Source of the DNA: Minisyncoccota bacterium
GTDB lineage: Bacteria; Patescibacteriota; Minisyncoccia; Phycocordibacterales; JBAYGS01
NCBI GenBank assembly: GCA_041666545.1
Contig: JBAYGS010000004.1
Location: 8,610 to 72,609, forward strand
Direction: 5' to 3'
Length of the DNA: 64,000 nt
The position numbers and the translations under genes were made by a program. Below the pieces are notes generated by a model that had not been told where the DNA came from, ran no database searches, and saw only the letters and a list, made by a program, of their open reading frames with translations. This document shows, piece by piece, positions 49,172 to 60,232 of the stretch; the stretch's first letter is position 1; every line of letters starts with the position of its first letter.

Positions 49172-51052
49172 ATGTGCGGCATAACTGGCTTCTATGGACA
49201 AGGTTCAAAGGCTGATCTTCAGGCGATGAATGACACGCTTATTCATCGTGGTCCGGACTCGGAAGGACTGTATTTCGAAAATGGCAAAATCGGTCTCGGT
49301 TTCAGACGGTTGGCCATTATTGACGTCCGCGGTGGCAATCAGCCGATTTGGAACGAGACGAAAGATGTAGCGGTTATTTTTAATGGTGAAATTTATAATT
49401 TCCAAGATTTACGCAACGACTTGGAGAAGCGTCATCGCTTTGTGACCAAAACTGACACGGAAGTTATCATCCACCTTTATGAGGAAGTCGGGGAAAAGTG
49501 TTTTGAGAGGCTAAATGGCATGTTTGCCATTGCCGTCTATGATTTAAAGAAAAATAAGTTGGTGATCGCCCGTGATCGATTCGGCAAAAAACCGCTTTAT
49601 TATGCCGAACGAGAGGGGACGGTAATTTTCGGTTCTGAGCTCAAGGCTCTTCTCAAGCACCCACTGATCAGAAATCCCAAACTCGACGCCACTTCGCTTA
49701 ATCTGTATTTGACGCACGAGTTTGTGCCGTCGCCGAGAACCATCTATCAGAATATTTTTAAAGTTGAGCCCGGAACGGCGATTTCCTTCGACCGATCAGG
49801 TAAATGGGAATTGCAATTTTATTTTTTAAAGTACAATAAAGATGAGCCGCGTTTGAGCGAAACGGAATATTTGGAAAAGTTGGATTTTTTGCTCGGTGAT
49901 GCGGTCAAAAAGCGTTTAGTTTCGGATGTGTCGCTCGGAATATTTTTAAGCGGTGGACTTGATTCTGGCGCTGTAGCGCATTATGCGATGAAGTTTGGCA
50001 GCCAGCAGGCGCGAACTTTTTCGATCGGTTTTGATGATAAATCTTTCGACGAATCGGAGTGGAGTAGCCTGACCGCCGATTATCTCGGAACTTTGCATCA
50101 GAACAAAAATTTTTCGGCCAAGGAGATGCAGGACCTGATTCCGCAGGTTGCCAAATTGATTGATGAACCGGTCTCCGATGCGGCGCTCTTTCCCAATTAT
50201 CTCTTGTCGAAATTTGCCAGAGAAAATGTGACAGTTGCTCTCGCCGGTGACGGGGGTGATGAAATATTTTTCGGTTACCCGACTTTTCAATCGGCCAAGA
50301 TTTCTGATTGGTTTAGAAAGATTCCGGAGAGTTTAAGGCGGTCGCTTTTGGAACCGACGGTCGGCCTGCTTCCGACTTCCTTCAATAATATTACTTTAGA
50401 CTATAAACTGAAGCGTTTTTTCACGGGTCTTCATTACCCAAAAAAGTATGAGCAGCTGATTTGGGTCGGTTCGTTTACACCCGAAGAGAAGCGGGGATTG
50501 TTGCACGAAGATTTTCTGAGTCAAATCGAACCCGGCTCAGAGTTTTCCTTCGTCGATAAGTATCGAGATCCGATTAAAGGAGCCGGTGAACTCGATCAGG
50601 TTGGAGATTTTTATTTGAGGACTTATTTGGCTGATGGGGTTTTGGCGATTAAAGATCGGGCGAGCATGATGGCATCTCTCGAGCTTCGCGCGCCGTTCCT
50701 CGACTACCGGCTGGTTGATTTTGCCGCTTCGCTACCGACAGATTTGAAAATGAAGGGTTTCAATACTAAGTATCTCTTGAAGAAACTGATGGAAGGTAAG
50801 TTGCCCGATGAGGTGGTTTATCGACCCAAAAAAGGCTTTGGCATCCCGATTGCCAAATGGCTTCGAGGCGAGCTGAAAGATTTTATGCTCGAGACTTTGA
50901 GTGAGGAGTCAATTAACGAAGGAAAAATTTTCAACTATAGTTTCATAAAAAAACTAATAGACGATCATTTATCCGGCAAGAAAGATAACCGTAAATTACT
51001 TTGGACACTGTTGGTTTTTGAGTTGTGGCGTAAAGAGTGGCTCAAAGCTTAA
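49172..51052 (+). CDS. asnB: Asparagine synthase (glutamine-hydrolysing) family amidotransferase
   Basis: MCGI, HRGPD, RLAIID, NGEIYN, LSGGLDS, GDGGDE and PFLD motifs. Confidence 0.93.
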   Translation: MCGITGFYGQGSKADLQAMNDTLIHRGPDSEGLYFENGKIGLGFRRLAIIDVRGGNQPIWNETKDVAVIFNGEIYNFQDLRNDLEKRHRFVTKTDTEVIIHLYEEVGEKCFERLNGMFAIAVYDLKKNKLVIARDRFGKKPLYYAEREGTVIFGSELKALLKHPLIRNPKLDATSLNLYLTHEFVPSPRTIYQNIFKVEPGTAISFDRSGKWELQFYFLKYNKDEPRLSETEYLEKLDFLLGDAVKKRLVSDVSLGIFLSGGLDSGAVAHYAMKFGSQQARTFSIGFDDKSFDESEWSSLTADYLGTLHQNKNFSAKEMQDLIPQVAKLIDEPVSDAALFPNYLLSKFARENVTVALAGDGGDEIFFGYPTFQSAKISDWFRKIPESLRRSLLEPTVGLLPTSFNNITLDYKLKRFFTGLHYPKKYEQLIWVGSFTPEEKRGLLHEDFLSQIEPGSEFSFVDKYRDPIKGAGELDQVGDFYLRTYLADGVLAIKDRASMMASLELRAPFLDYRLVDFAASLPTDLKMKGFNTKYLLKKLMEGKLPDEVVYRPKKGFGIPIAKWLRGELKDFMLETLSEESINEGKIFNYSFIKKLIDDHLSGKKDNRKLLWTLLVFELWRKEWLKA

Positions 51053-53043
51053 TTGCTTTGCTCCAGTTGGTAGATCTGAATGCCGTCTGCGTCGTAAACT
51101 ATCTTTAGGCTGAGCCGTTTATCCAGGCTTACTGATAGAGCCTTTTCCCGTGGCCCGAGATAGAGATAATCGACTCGGTATGATTTGGCCTGTCGCATAA
51201 TCACGTCCGGGTTATAATCCTGATCGATTTTATCGATGTCATTGGTCGGGATAGTAATGGCGTTAAATCCTCCGTTGGTGAAAATTGATCCGCCTTCAGT
51301 CGCCCTGTATTTGTCACCAAAAAGATAAGAGATGCCGGCTTCGTCATATTTTGTTGGTTGATGATCGGGGAAATAATTCGCTCTAAGCTGACTTTTCGAA
51401 ATTCCAAAGAGAGCATTGGTCAAGTAAAATCTGTCCAAGATTTCTTTAATCGGGGACGTCGTGAGCAGGCAGTTTGGTTGCAAGATTTTGTTCGTCCCGA
51501 AGTTCATGATATAGGTGTTGGTCATAAAAGACGGTGAAGCGACTACGGCCGAACGGTCGGTATTTTTAGAAAGCCAGTCGATGGCTTTTATCTCTGAAGT
51601 TGCAACATCGGTCGTAAGATTGTCCAAGTAAAATTGTCTTTGAATTAAGGAGGCCTTTAGAAAAATCGCCAGAGTCGCCACAATCAAAAACCAGCCGACG
51701 ATTTTGTCGAGAGAGACCCCAAAATATTTTCGGAGGAGATACAGGGCGATTGTTAATACCGGCAAGCCGATGGCAATCACGAAGGCCTGAATCTTGACTC
51801 CTAGGTCAGAAGTGCCGCTAGCTTTCCAGATCAAGATGGTGGCAATTATGATTGCGGTGCCTAAAATTTTAGTGAAACTGAAGACCGGATTCCAAATGAA
51901 AGATCTGTATTTGCGAGCGAATAAAATGGAAAGGGACAGTAGAGTAATCGAGATTATTACCTGTTCCGGTTTGATCCAGTGGTCCGGTTGAGGATTGAAG
52001 CCTGTAATTATTTGAATGTTGTAAACTATAAAGACCGGCAAAAGCAAACTGGCGAAAAAAATTCCGGTTTTAAAACTGCCGCCGATTTTTTTCCAACTGA
52101 AGTAAGAGATGAGTGCCAGCAAGCCCTGCTGAGCATAGAAAAACAAAACTCGCGGGTAAAGGAAGAATTCTTTAGAGTGTTCCGGACCCAGCCTTGAGAC
52201 GACATCTTGATATGTTGGTAGCCTTGTAAGTCGCCAAAAGTTTAGCCAGTAGAATATTGAGATGATTGTGCCGGTTGTGGCGGCGTAAAAAAGTTTTTTG
52301 GCTAAAGCGAACTCCTTCTTGGCTAAAAGAATTACTAAGGCAAAAAATATTCCTAGCGCTGCGTAGACGTAATAGTAAAAGTAGACATAAAACAAAAGAC
52401 CGAAGGTGATACCAAGCAGAACCACTATTAGTTTTTCGCCGTTTCTCTTCAGAAATCTGACGAAAAAATATAGAAAAGCTGAAAAGAATGGCAAGGTTAA
52501 TTGCGGGTCTTCAAATCTATCAAGAGGCAAGCGGCCGGGGATATTGGAGATTTGATTCCAAAACCAAGACAAGTAGTATTCGTTATAGGGTGGGAAAAAG
52601 GCCAGATATCGAGGTAAAACGCACATGATGGCGGCGCCGAATATTGAATATAGTTTCGATTTTGTAATCTCAAAAAGTATCACATAGAATATGAAAAAGA
52701 TAATCGCCGGGAAGATAAAATCACTGGCGGTAAATCCGAAATCAATTCGGTTGAATAATTTAGAAATGTAGCCGACAATGATGTGTGGCAAGGGCGGCAT
52801 AAAAGTCGGCGAATCGGTATGTTCGTAAGTCGCCGCATCGCCGGTTGGATAGCCGTTAAAAAAGACTTCGCGCACCCTTGGGGTCGTGAAGTGCCTTTCA
52901 TCAAGATTGATGGTGGTTGGTATGTACCGGCTACCTGAAGTTGCGTAGTCGCGGTATAAAACTAGATTAGGTAAGACTTGGATTACACCAAGCGCGATGG
53001 CCAGAATTATCGCTATCCGGTGTCTTTTTAAGTATGCGCGCAT
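51049..53043 (-). CDS. Polytopic membrane protein (possible GT-C fold)
   Basis: 664 aa with many TMs, a DE pair in the first loop and a C-terminal soluble domain (YRVDYL). Confidence 0.6.
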   Translation of the reverse strand: MRAYLKRHRIAIILAIALGVIQVLPNLVLYRDYATSGSRYIPTTINLDERHFTTPRVREVFFNGYPTGDAATYEHTDSPTFMPPLPHIIVGYISKLFNRIDFGFTASDFIFPAIIFFIFYVILFEITKSKLYSIFGAAIMCVLPRYLAFFPPYNEYYLSWFWNQISNIPGRLPLDRFEDPQLTLPFFSAFLYFFVRFLKRNGEKLIVVLLGITFGLLFYVYFYYYVYAALGIFFALVILLAKKEFALAKKLFYAATTGTIISIFYWLNFWRLTRLPTYQDVVSRLGPEHSKEFFLYPRVLFFYAQQGLLALISYFSWKKIGGSFKTGIFFASLLLPVFIVYNIQIITGFNPQPDHWIKPEQVIISITLLSLSILFARKYRSFIWNPVFSFTKILGTAIIIATILIWKASGTSDLGVKIQAFVIAIGLPVLTIALYLLRKYFGVSLDKIVGWFLIVATLAIFLKASLIQRQFYLDNLTTDVATSEIKAIDWLSKNTDRSAVVASPSFMTNTYIMNFGTNKILQPNCLLTTSPIKEILDRFYLTNALFGISKSQLRANYFPDHQPTKYDEAGISYLFGDKYRATEGGSIFTNGGFNAITIPTNDIDKIDQDYNPDVIMRQAKSYRVDYLYLGPREKALSVSLDKRLSLKIVYDADGIQIYQLEQSN

Positions 53044-53264
53044 GGCTTTCGGTCTTTAATTAAACAATGCAAAGTATATCAGGGTTTAAAGGTAATGGTA
53101 ATGGTAGACGGGTACTCGGCCGAGCGGTCGTTTTTGGTCGATACTTAACTAAATGGATTTGGAGTTTGGTGCATGCTACACTATTACATCAAAGAGCGGA
53201 CTGTTTTATCTTAAGTGTTTAGATTTTTTACTAATTTAGCTTAGCTCGTAAGTGTGAATCCCAA

Positions 53265-54008
53265 ATGGATATAGGCCTATACCGAGAATTTGATAAAATT
53301 GGCAATGACAATTGGTGGTATGCCGGCCGGAGAAAAATTATTTCCACGATTCTTCACCCTTTTTTAATTCCAGGAGATCTGTCCAAAAAGCGAGTCTTGT
53401 CTGTCGGCTGCGGGACCGGCCAAGAGTTGGATTTTCTCGGTCGCTATGGTTCAGTCGCGGGAGTCGATAAGAGCGAGGAGGCAATTTATTTTTGCCGGAA
53501 AAATAATCCCAAAAGTTTGGTGGCAGTCGCCGATGCCGAAAAGCTGCCTTTTCCAGATAAAGTTTTCGCCCTGGTTTTCATCTTAGATGTAATTGAACAC
53601 GTCGATAACCCCAACGCGGTTTTAAATGAGATTGACCGAGTCCTCAAAGATGATGGTACGGTTGTTTTGACTGTGCCGGCTTATAATTTTCTCTGGAGCA
53701 AAAGCGATGAAAGGTCACATCATAAATGTCGATTCACTGCAGGGCGGTTGCGAGATTTGGTCAGTCAACGGTTTGAGGTTAAAAGACTGACTTATTTTAA
53801 TACCATATTTTTCCCGGCAATTGCATTGATTAAAATTGCTTTAGGAGTATTTGAGCCCAAGGGCCTTTCCCAATACGAAGTTTCGAACCCACCAAAGCTG
53901 CTCAATGAGATCTTGAAAAAGGTGTTCTTGTCCGAAGCTTTTCTCTTGAGGTATTTCCGACTGCCTTTCGGGGTTTCGATCGGTACCGTCCTGGTTAAGA
54001 AAAGATAG
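53265..54008 (+). CDS. Class I SAM-dependent methyltransferase
   Basis: WWY, SVGCGTG, DVIEH and TVPAY motifs. Confidence 0.88.
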   Translation: MDIGLYREFDKIGNDNWWYAGRRKIISTILHPFLIPGDLSKKRVLSVGCGTGQELDFLGRYGSVAGVDKSEEAIYFCRKNNPKSLVAVADAEKLPFPDKVFALVFILDVIEHVDNPNAVLNEIDRVLKDDGTVVLTVPAYNFLWSKSDERSHHKCRFTAGRLRDLVSQRFEVKRLTYFNTIFFPAIALIKIALGVFEPKGLSQYEVSNPPKLLNEILKKVFLSEAFLLRYFRLPFGVSIGTVLVKKR

Positions 54009-54143
54009 GTCAATTAGTCCCGGTGTAATATCCAACAAGAGATGCTTGTTATCATTTTAACCACGTGAGCTGCCAATTTAGGCGGTTACTATAATTGTTG
54101 CTATAATTTGTTCTCAAACGGGAGTTTAAGTTAAACCGATTAA

Positions 54144-55535
54144 ATGGCCAATCCTTCAGTGCCAGATAACATCAGTATTCCAAAAGCCTTTGTGACCGGC
54201 GAGGTTCAGATGGGCTTTTGGAGTTATGTCAAAAAAGGGGTAAGTGCCGCCGATTCTTTTTTTGTACTCCGGGCGTTGTCGATTTATCAGTACGGCGTTT
54301 ATCAGTTGCTTTTGACTTCCTACGCGATACTTTCCGATGTCTTTCTAGATTTGTTCGCCACAGTTTCCGGCAACGATGTCATCCTTTTGGTTGGACAAGG
54401 TAAGGAGGCTCAAGCTAAGAAACTTTATTTTGAGTATGCCAGATTCCGTCTCTTGATGGCGCTTATCCCTTTTCTCGGCATCTTTTTCTTTGCGCCAATC
54501 TTCTTTACCCGCTATGGGCCGGAAGCCATAGTTTGGATCAGGATTCTCTCTTTGCTTTTTATCGTCGACGCCGCTTCAAATTTATTCCGACTGGCCCTAA
54601 ATTTGCGATTGGATTTTAAAACTTTGGCGATTATGCCGACTACGCAAAAGTCGATACAGCTTGTATTTCTGGTTTATTTTTACTTTTTCTCAAACCTATC
54701 TCTTACCAATGTGATTTTTTCGCTAGTGGCGGCCCCGATCATATCTATTTTGGTATTTTCACCGGCTTTGCGCCGAGCGTTTGCACCGTGGCGCCACTTA
54801 ACTCCTGATCCGGGACAAATGTTTGTACCAGTCATCCGGACCTACGGTTTCTGGGAAGTTCCACAGCTGCTTTTTAAAGGTTTGACCGGCAAAGTAAGCC
54901 CATTTGTCATTAAGCTCTTCTTGAACACTGAGGCAGTCGGCATCTTCGGTGTTGCCAATACGGCTATTTCGATTCTCAAGGACTTGCTGCCAATCAGAAC
55001 TTTGACGACTCTCATTCCGCGCAAGGCGGCCGATCGGAAGTATTCTGATTATTTGTTTCGGCATGGGACCAAGCACTACACTCTGATGTCGCTCGTCGTC
55101 AGTGTGGCGGGACTGATTTTTTATCCCGTCGCAATTTATTTGTTTTTCCCAAAATTCAGCGCCTCAATTCCGATTTTCTCAGTTTTGATTTTGGGCGTGC
55201 CAATTTTTGCTTTCGTTAAACTCTTGGCCGTTTTCCTGGTGGCAAAACGCCGACAGCGCTTCATTTTCTATCAGATGATTTTTGACAATGTCGTCGGAAT
55301 CAGCTTGATGCTCCTCTTCCTGCCTTTTTGGGGGCTTATGGGCATGGCGGTAGCTTCAGTCTCGGCCGACTTTATCACCGATGCTGGCCGGTTCATCTAT
55401 CTGGTTAAAACCGGTTTTGTCAGACCATTTTCTTTTCGTACCCTGTTCCGTTGGACCGAGGAGGACAGTAAAATTTATCAAAATGTGTGGCGGCACTTTC
55501 GACAGGCTTTCCTCGACAAGATTTCCGGGGTTTGA
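54144..55535 (+). CDS. Wzx-like oligosaccharide flippase
   Basis: About 12 TMs with YGVY, VGIF and WGLMGMA; located in the glycan locus. Confidence 0.72.
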   Translation: MANPSVPDNISIPKAFVTGEVQMGFWSYVKKGVSAADSFFVLRALSIYQYGVYQLLLTSYAILSDVFLDLFATVSGNDVILLVGQGKEAQAKKLYFEYARFRLLMALIPFLGIFFFAPIFFTRYGPEAIVWIRILSLLFIVDAASNLFRLALNLRLDFKTLAIMPTTQKSIQLVFLVYFYFFSNLSLTNVIFSLVAAPIISILVFSPALRRAFAPWRHLTPDPGQMFVPVIRTYGFWEVPQLLFKGLTGKVSPFVIKLFLNTEAVGIFGVANTAISILKDLLPIRTLTTLIPRKAADRKYSDYLFRHGTKHYTLMSLVVSVAGLIFYPVAIYLFFPKFSASIPIFSVLILGVPIFAFVKLLAVFLVAKRRQRFIFYQMIFDNVVGISLMLLFLPFWGLMGMAVASVSADFITDAGRFIYLVKTGFVRPFSFRTLFRWTEEDSKIYQNVWRHFRQAFLDKISGV

Positions 55536-55621
55536 GGCCACTTGTAGTCGGGACCGTAAAATCGTATAGTGTAGCTTCGTTATATAATAATCATCACAAT
55601 TATAATTAGTACATAATTAAT

Positions 55622-56407
55622 ATGGCCAGAACGAATTCCAAATTAAAAAATTTTTACGACAAGGTCTACTTGAAAGGCGAGAAGAAACACTACAGCAAAC
55701 TGCTTTTGGGAGACAAGATTACCGAGGAGAAAAAGGCAATCCTTGGCGAGGTGTCTTGGTCAGGCAAGAAAGTGCTCGATGTTGGTTGCGGCACAGGGGA
55801 GCTGGCGTTTCTGGTTGCTAAGGAAGGGGCAGAGAAAGTAGTAGCGATCGATTATTCGGCATCGGCGATTGAAGTTGCCAACGCGAATTACCATTCTGAC
55901 AATTTAGCCTATCGTTGCGAGGATATTAATAAGATTTCCGGTTCTTTTGATGTCATAACAGTGGTTGGAGTCCTGGAGCACATTGATGATCCCTTGAAGC
56001 TCCTTAAAAAGCTCAAGAAGATGTTGGCACCGAAAGGCTCGATTATTGTCACTTGCCCGAACTGGTCAAATCCGAGGGGATATATTCTGCTCGCGCTCAA
56101 GGACCTTTTTGATGCCGAAATCACTCTGGCCGATATCCATTATTTTACTCCCGTTGAATTTGAGAAGTGGTCTAAGCTGCTTAAGATGTTTTTAAGCTGG
56201 AAGACCTTGGAGCATGACTGGGGTCATGGAAAAAAACTCATCAAAGATTTTACTCGGCGCCTGCCAAACGTGCTCAAACCTTTAAAAGGCGCCTCCAAAA
56301 CCGGCATTGATACATTTATCAAATGGTTGGATAGTCATGTGTCAGAACTCGAGGGTGAGTTGAAGCACAATGGAGCTACCGGCTTTTATCATTTCCGTCT
56401 GGACTAG
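55622..56407 (+). CDS. Class I SAM-dependent methyltransferase
   Basis: VLDVGCGTG, VLEH and CPN motifs. Confidence 0.88.
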   Translation: MARTNSKLKNFYDKVYLKGEKKHYSKLLLGDKITEEKKAILGEVSWSGKKVLDVGCGTGELAFLVAKEGAEKVVAIDYSASAIEVANANYHSDNLAYRCEDINKISGSFDVITVVGVLEHIDDPLKLLKKLKKMLAPKGSIIVTCPNWSNPRGYILLALKDLFDAEITLADIHYFTPVEFEKWSKLLKMFLSWKTLEHDWGHGKKLIKDFTRRLPNVLKPLKGASKTGIDTFIKWLDSHVSELEGELKHNGATGFYHFRLD

Positions 56408-56502
56408 TTTCTGTCAGAATGGCCGTATCGGAACGCTCGGCTGTGACAATTTGGGTGGAAATGCTGTTGTACAGATTGAACTAAGCTAACGCTAATTTAA
56501 CG

Positions 56503-57912
56503 ATGCATCAGAGAGTCGTATTTTTAACTCTATTTGAAGGGATCGAGGGGAAAAATCTGCTGCGGTCTCCCTTTGTTAGTCATTTGCTGTCCGGCCAGGA
56601 TATTAAAATTGTCTGTTTTGTTAAAAATGACGAGAGGAAGATTGGCTATGAAAAGCTCTTCAAACATCCGAGGCTGTTTTTTGAGGCCGTCGATTTTCCT
56701 AAAACAGTTTGGCCGGAAAAAATTTTTGCGACTCTGAAGTTTTATCAGATTTGGACTGAAACTACGGATTTGCGAGCTAAGATGGTCAAAGAGCGCGACG
56801 GTCAATTTTTTGCCTATTATTTTAAGCTTTTGCTTCATCGAGTATTGGCACGGCGACTCATGAGAGTCGTCATCCGTTTCCTCGATAGCCGGCTAATAAA
56901 AGATCGGACTTTTAAAAAGTATTTTAAAAAATACCAGCCGAGTTTGATTATTTGCGCCCAGTTGTTTGAAGAGATTGAGGTCCATTTGGTCAAGCGGGCC
57001 AAAGCTGAAGGCGTGAAGACTGTTTGCTTCATTAATACTTGGGACAAAGTCACAGCCAGAAACGCTTTCCGTGTTCTAGTCGATAAGTTTATAACTTACA
57101 ATGAGATCGTTAAGACTGAGCTCATCGAAAATGATGATGTGAAGGCTCAAGACGTTTACGTATCCGGAATCCCTCAATACGATTATTTCTTTGATGACTC
57201 GGCTCTTGAAATAATCAAAGAGACTTTCAAGATTGAGGTGCCAAAGCTCCGGACTCGAGAGGAGTTTTTGAATAGTATCGGTCTTACCAAAGATGAGAGG
57301 TTTATTTTCTACGCTCCGGTTGGCAGTGTCTATAGTAATGACGATTGGGCGATTATTGATCTTTTGACGGAATCAATAAAGCAAGGACAGTTTGGCTCCG
57401 GTCTCGAGCTCTTTGTCCGGTTTCCACCAAATGATTTTGTAAACAAAGCTGAGTCTGACAAGAGAAAAGATCTTCATTTTTATGCTCCGGGAATCCGTTT
57501 CTCTTCGAAGCGGGGGAGCGACTGGGATATGAGTTTTGCAGATATCATGTCGCTCAAGGAAACTCTCAAATACTCAGAGTTGGTAATTTGCTATGCCTCC
57601 AGTATCTCAATTGATGCCAGTATCTTTGAAAAACCCATCATTAATATAAATTTCATAACTCGGGCCTCGAGTTTGATGATTAAAACACCTACAGCGTTTT
57701 ATCCCATGACCCATTATCAAAAGGCGCTCAAGACAGGGGCGATTGATTTGGCAAGCTCAAAGGAGGAAATGATTGAGCTCATAAAGGGTTATATTAAGAG
57801 TCCAGATGAAAATCGGGGTAATCGTGATAATCTGGTGGCTCGGCAGTGCCAATTTAAGGATGGCTTGGCTGGCAAGCGAATGGCCGATTTTGTGAAGTCC
57901 TGCTTGACATAA
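56503..57912 (+). CDS. TagF-like GT-B protein (paralog 4)
   Basis: YQP, NTWDK, GIPQYD, VRFPP, SSISIDA and DGLAGKR motifs. Confidence 0.6.
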   Translation: MHQRVVFLTLFEGIEGKNLLRSPFVSHLLSGQDIKIVCFVKNDERKIGYEKLFKHPRLFFEAVDFPKTVWPEKIFATLKFYQIWTETTDLRAKMVKERDGQFFAYYFKLLLHRVLARRLMRVVIRFLDSRLIKDRTFKKYFKKYQPSLIICAQLFEEIEVHLVKRAKAEGVKTVCFINTWDKVTARNAFRVLVDKFITYNEIVKTELIENDDVKAQDVYVSGIPQYDYFFDDSALEIIKETFKIEVPKLRTREEFLNSIGLTKDERFIFYAPVGSVYSNDDWAIIDLLTESIKQGQFGSGLELFVRFPPNDFVNKAESDKRKDLHFYAPGIRFSSKRGSDWDMSFADIMSLKETLKYSELVICYASSISIDASIFEKPIININFITRASSLMIKTPTAFYPMTHYQKALKTGAIDLASSKEEMIELIKGYIKSPDENRGNRDNLVARQCQFKDGLAGKRMADFVKSCLT

Positions 57913-57938
57913 TAGCCTTTTTGCATTCTAATATTTAG

Positions 57939-59048
57939 ATGCCCTCAAAAACCGGTAAATCGTCGTCAAAAATTGTACCGAAGCCTGGCCGAAGCGGCGC
58001 TTTTGTCATTGCTGAAATTGGCAAAAATTTTATAATTTCTGAACAGGATGAGTCTCCAGAGACTTATCTTAAGCGGGCCAAAGATTTGATCCGAGAGTCT
58101 TATGAGGCCGGTGCCGATGCGGTTAAATTTCAGACCCACCATTTTGAAGATGAGCAGATACCGGAGAAGATTTTTTCGCCACATTTCAACGGTGCGGATC
58201 GTTACAATTGGGTCCTGAGGAATAGTCGGCTTACTCCGATAGAATTTTGGCGGGAAATCAAAAACTATGCCGATCATCTGGGAATTCAGTTTTTTATCAC
58301 TCCGATGTCGCGTGGGGCAGTGCGGAAGGTTGCAGACCTCAGTCTGCCTTTTTGGAAGATCGGATCCGGCGATGTGACTGATTTTTTGATGATCGACGAA
58401 TTGGCCAAGTTTAATAAGCCGATTATTATTTCGACCGGTATGGTCAGTTTGAAAGAGTTGGATAAGGTGGTAAGTTATATCAGGGCTAAGGGAGTTAGGC
58501 CTGTAATCATGTACTGTGTCAGCAAATATCCGGCGCCAAAAGAAGCTTTCAATCTTGGCACGATTGAATTTTTGAAGGAAAAATACCCAGACTTGCAGAT
58601 TGGCTTTTCGGATCATTCGGTTGATAATCATGACATCGCTCTTTCTGCGGTCGCACTAGGTGCTAGTTTAATTGAAAAGCATGTCTCGTATTCCAGAGAC
58701 CATTGGGGACCGGACCACAAGGCCTCTTTAACCTTTGCTGAGTTACGCGAACTGGTTGAAGAGATCCGTAGCGGAACGAAGAAGCTCGAGGTCGGAGATT
58801 TTTACGGTTCCAAAGGCAAAGAGTTGGCTGGCGCGACCAGCGAATTCCGTCCATTTTTTCGAAAAGCTTTTGTCGCGGCGCGTGATATCAAAAAAGGTGA
58901 AGTGATTACTTTGGATAATATTTTGGCCATGAGACCGGCGCTTTTGCTGGGAGGAATTCCGTCAGAAGATTTGACCAAAGTTGTCGGCAAGAAAGCTAAC
59001 TGCGGAATTAAAAAACTTAATCCGATTAAAGCTGAAAATTTAAATTAA
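57939..59048 (+). CDS. neuB: N-acetylneuraminate/nonulosonate synthase family
   Basis: IAEIG, GADAVKFQ, KIGS, STGM, GFSDHS, IEKH and GPDH motifs; C-terminal SAF domain. Confidence 0.9.
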   Translation: MPSKTGKSSSKIVPKPGRSGAFVIAEIGKNFIISEQDESPETYLKRAKDLIRESYEAGADAVKFQTHHFEDEQIPEKIFSPHFNGADRYNWVLRNSRLTPIEFWREIKNYADHLGIQFFITPMSRGAVRKVADLSLPFWKIGSGDVTDFLMIDELAKFNKPIIISTGMVSLKELDKVVSYIRAKGVRPVIMYCVSKYPAPKEAFNLGTIEFLKEKYPDLQIGFSDHSVDNHDIALSAVALGASLIEKHVSYSRDHWGPDHKASLTFAELRELVEEIRSGTKKLEVGDFYGSKGKELAGATSEFRPFFRKAFVAARDIKKGEVITLDNILAMRPALLLGGIPSEDLTKVVGKKANCGIKKLNPIKAENLN

Positions 59049-59053
59049 AAACA

Positions 59054-60226
59054 ATGAAGAAGACCATAACTCCTAAAAGAAAAGTTTGTTTCGTCATTAC
59101 GAGCTTTATTCATTATTCCAGAAGCATCCTGATTTTGGAGGAGCTCCGAACTCGTAAAGATGTGGAACTTTACATAATTGTCGGTGGCACTGCCATCTTG
59201 AGCAAATATTCTGCGAGCTCGGCTTATGTTCGGAAAATCTTGGAACAGGACGGCTATAAAAACATTTATGAGCTTCACTTTAATTTGGAGGGCGATGATG
59301 CGATTGTTAAAACAAAAACAATCGGTCTTGGGGTAATCGAATTTGCCAGCATTTACAACCATATCAAACCGGACATGGTTGTAATTAGGGGTGATCGGTT
59401 CGAGATTTTCGCCGCCGCAATCGCGGCAGCCAATATGAATATTCCAATCGCTCACATCGAAGGTGGAGATGTGTCGGGCACGATTGATGAGAGCTTGAGG
59501 CACGCGATTACCAAGCTGTCTCATATCCATTTCACCACCAACGATGAGGCCAAGGAGCGCGTTATCAGGATGGGCGAGAATAAGGATTACGTTTTCAACT
59601 TCGGCAGTCCGGAGGTTGAAGTGGTGAGTAAAATGCCCCTCAAGGCTGACCGAGTTAATTTGGAGGAGACCGGTAGCGGAGCCAAGCTTGATCCGAGCAA
59701 AGAATTTCTGATGGTGATGTATCATCCGGTCACGACCGAACTTGATAAAATCGGAGAGAATGTCAGGACTCTTCTAAATGCCGTTCATAAAACCAAGATG
59801 CCGACGATTTGGTTTTGGCCCAATTTTGACGCCGGTGCGGAACAGATCTCTCATGAACTCAGAGTCTTCAAAGAGCATGTTAAAGATCATCGAATCAGAT
59901 TTATGCGTTACCTGCCACCTAAAGACTTTATCTGGCTACTGAGACGAACCAGTTGTCTGGTTGGCAATTCTTCCGCCGGCATCAAAGAAACATCTTTTTT
60001 GGGTGTGCCGGTAATTGATGTTGGCACCAGGCAGAATGGACGCTTGAGTTCAAGTAATGTCGTGAAGGTTGGTTATAATGAAGCGAAGATTGTTGAGGCT
60101 ATAAAAAACCAGGTAAAAAATGGCCGTTACCCAGTTTCCGATATCTACAAGGGTGAAGATACCGCTAAAAAAATTGCGGAAAAAATTGCTACAGCTAAGC
60201 TATATGTTCAAAAGAAATTTGAGTAG
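59054..60226 (+). CDS. neuC: UDP-N-acetylglucosamine 2-epimerase (hydrolysing)
   Basis: GDRFE, HIEGGD.SGTIDE..RHAITKLSH, GNSSAG and GTRQ motifs. Confidence 0.92.
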   Translation: MKKTITPKRKVCFVITSFIHYSRSILILEELRTRKDVELYIIVGGTAILSKYSASSAYVRKILEQDGYKNIYELHFNLEGDDAIVKTKTIGLGVIEFASIYNHIKPDMVVIRGDRFEIFAAAIAAANMNIPIAHIEGGDVSGTIDESLRHAITKLSHIHFTTNDEAKERVIRMGENKDYVFNFGSPEVEVVSKMPLKADRVNLEETGSGAKLDPSKEFLMVMYHPVTTELDKIGENVRTLLNAVHKTKMPTIWFWPNFDAGAEQISHELRVFKEHVKDHRIRFMRYLPPKDFIWLLRRTSCLVGNSSAGIKETSFLGVPVIDVGTRQNGRLSSSNVVKVGYNEAKIVEAIKNQVKNGRYPVSDIYKGEDTAKKIAEKIATAKLYVQKKFE

Positions 60227-60232
60227 ATTAAA

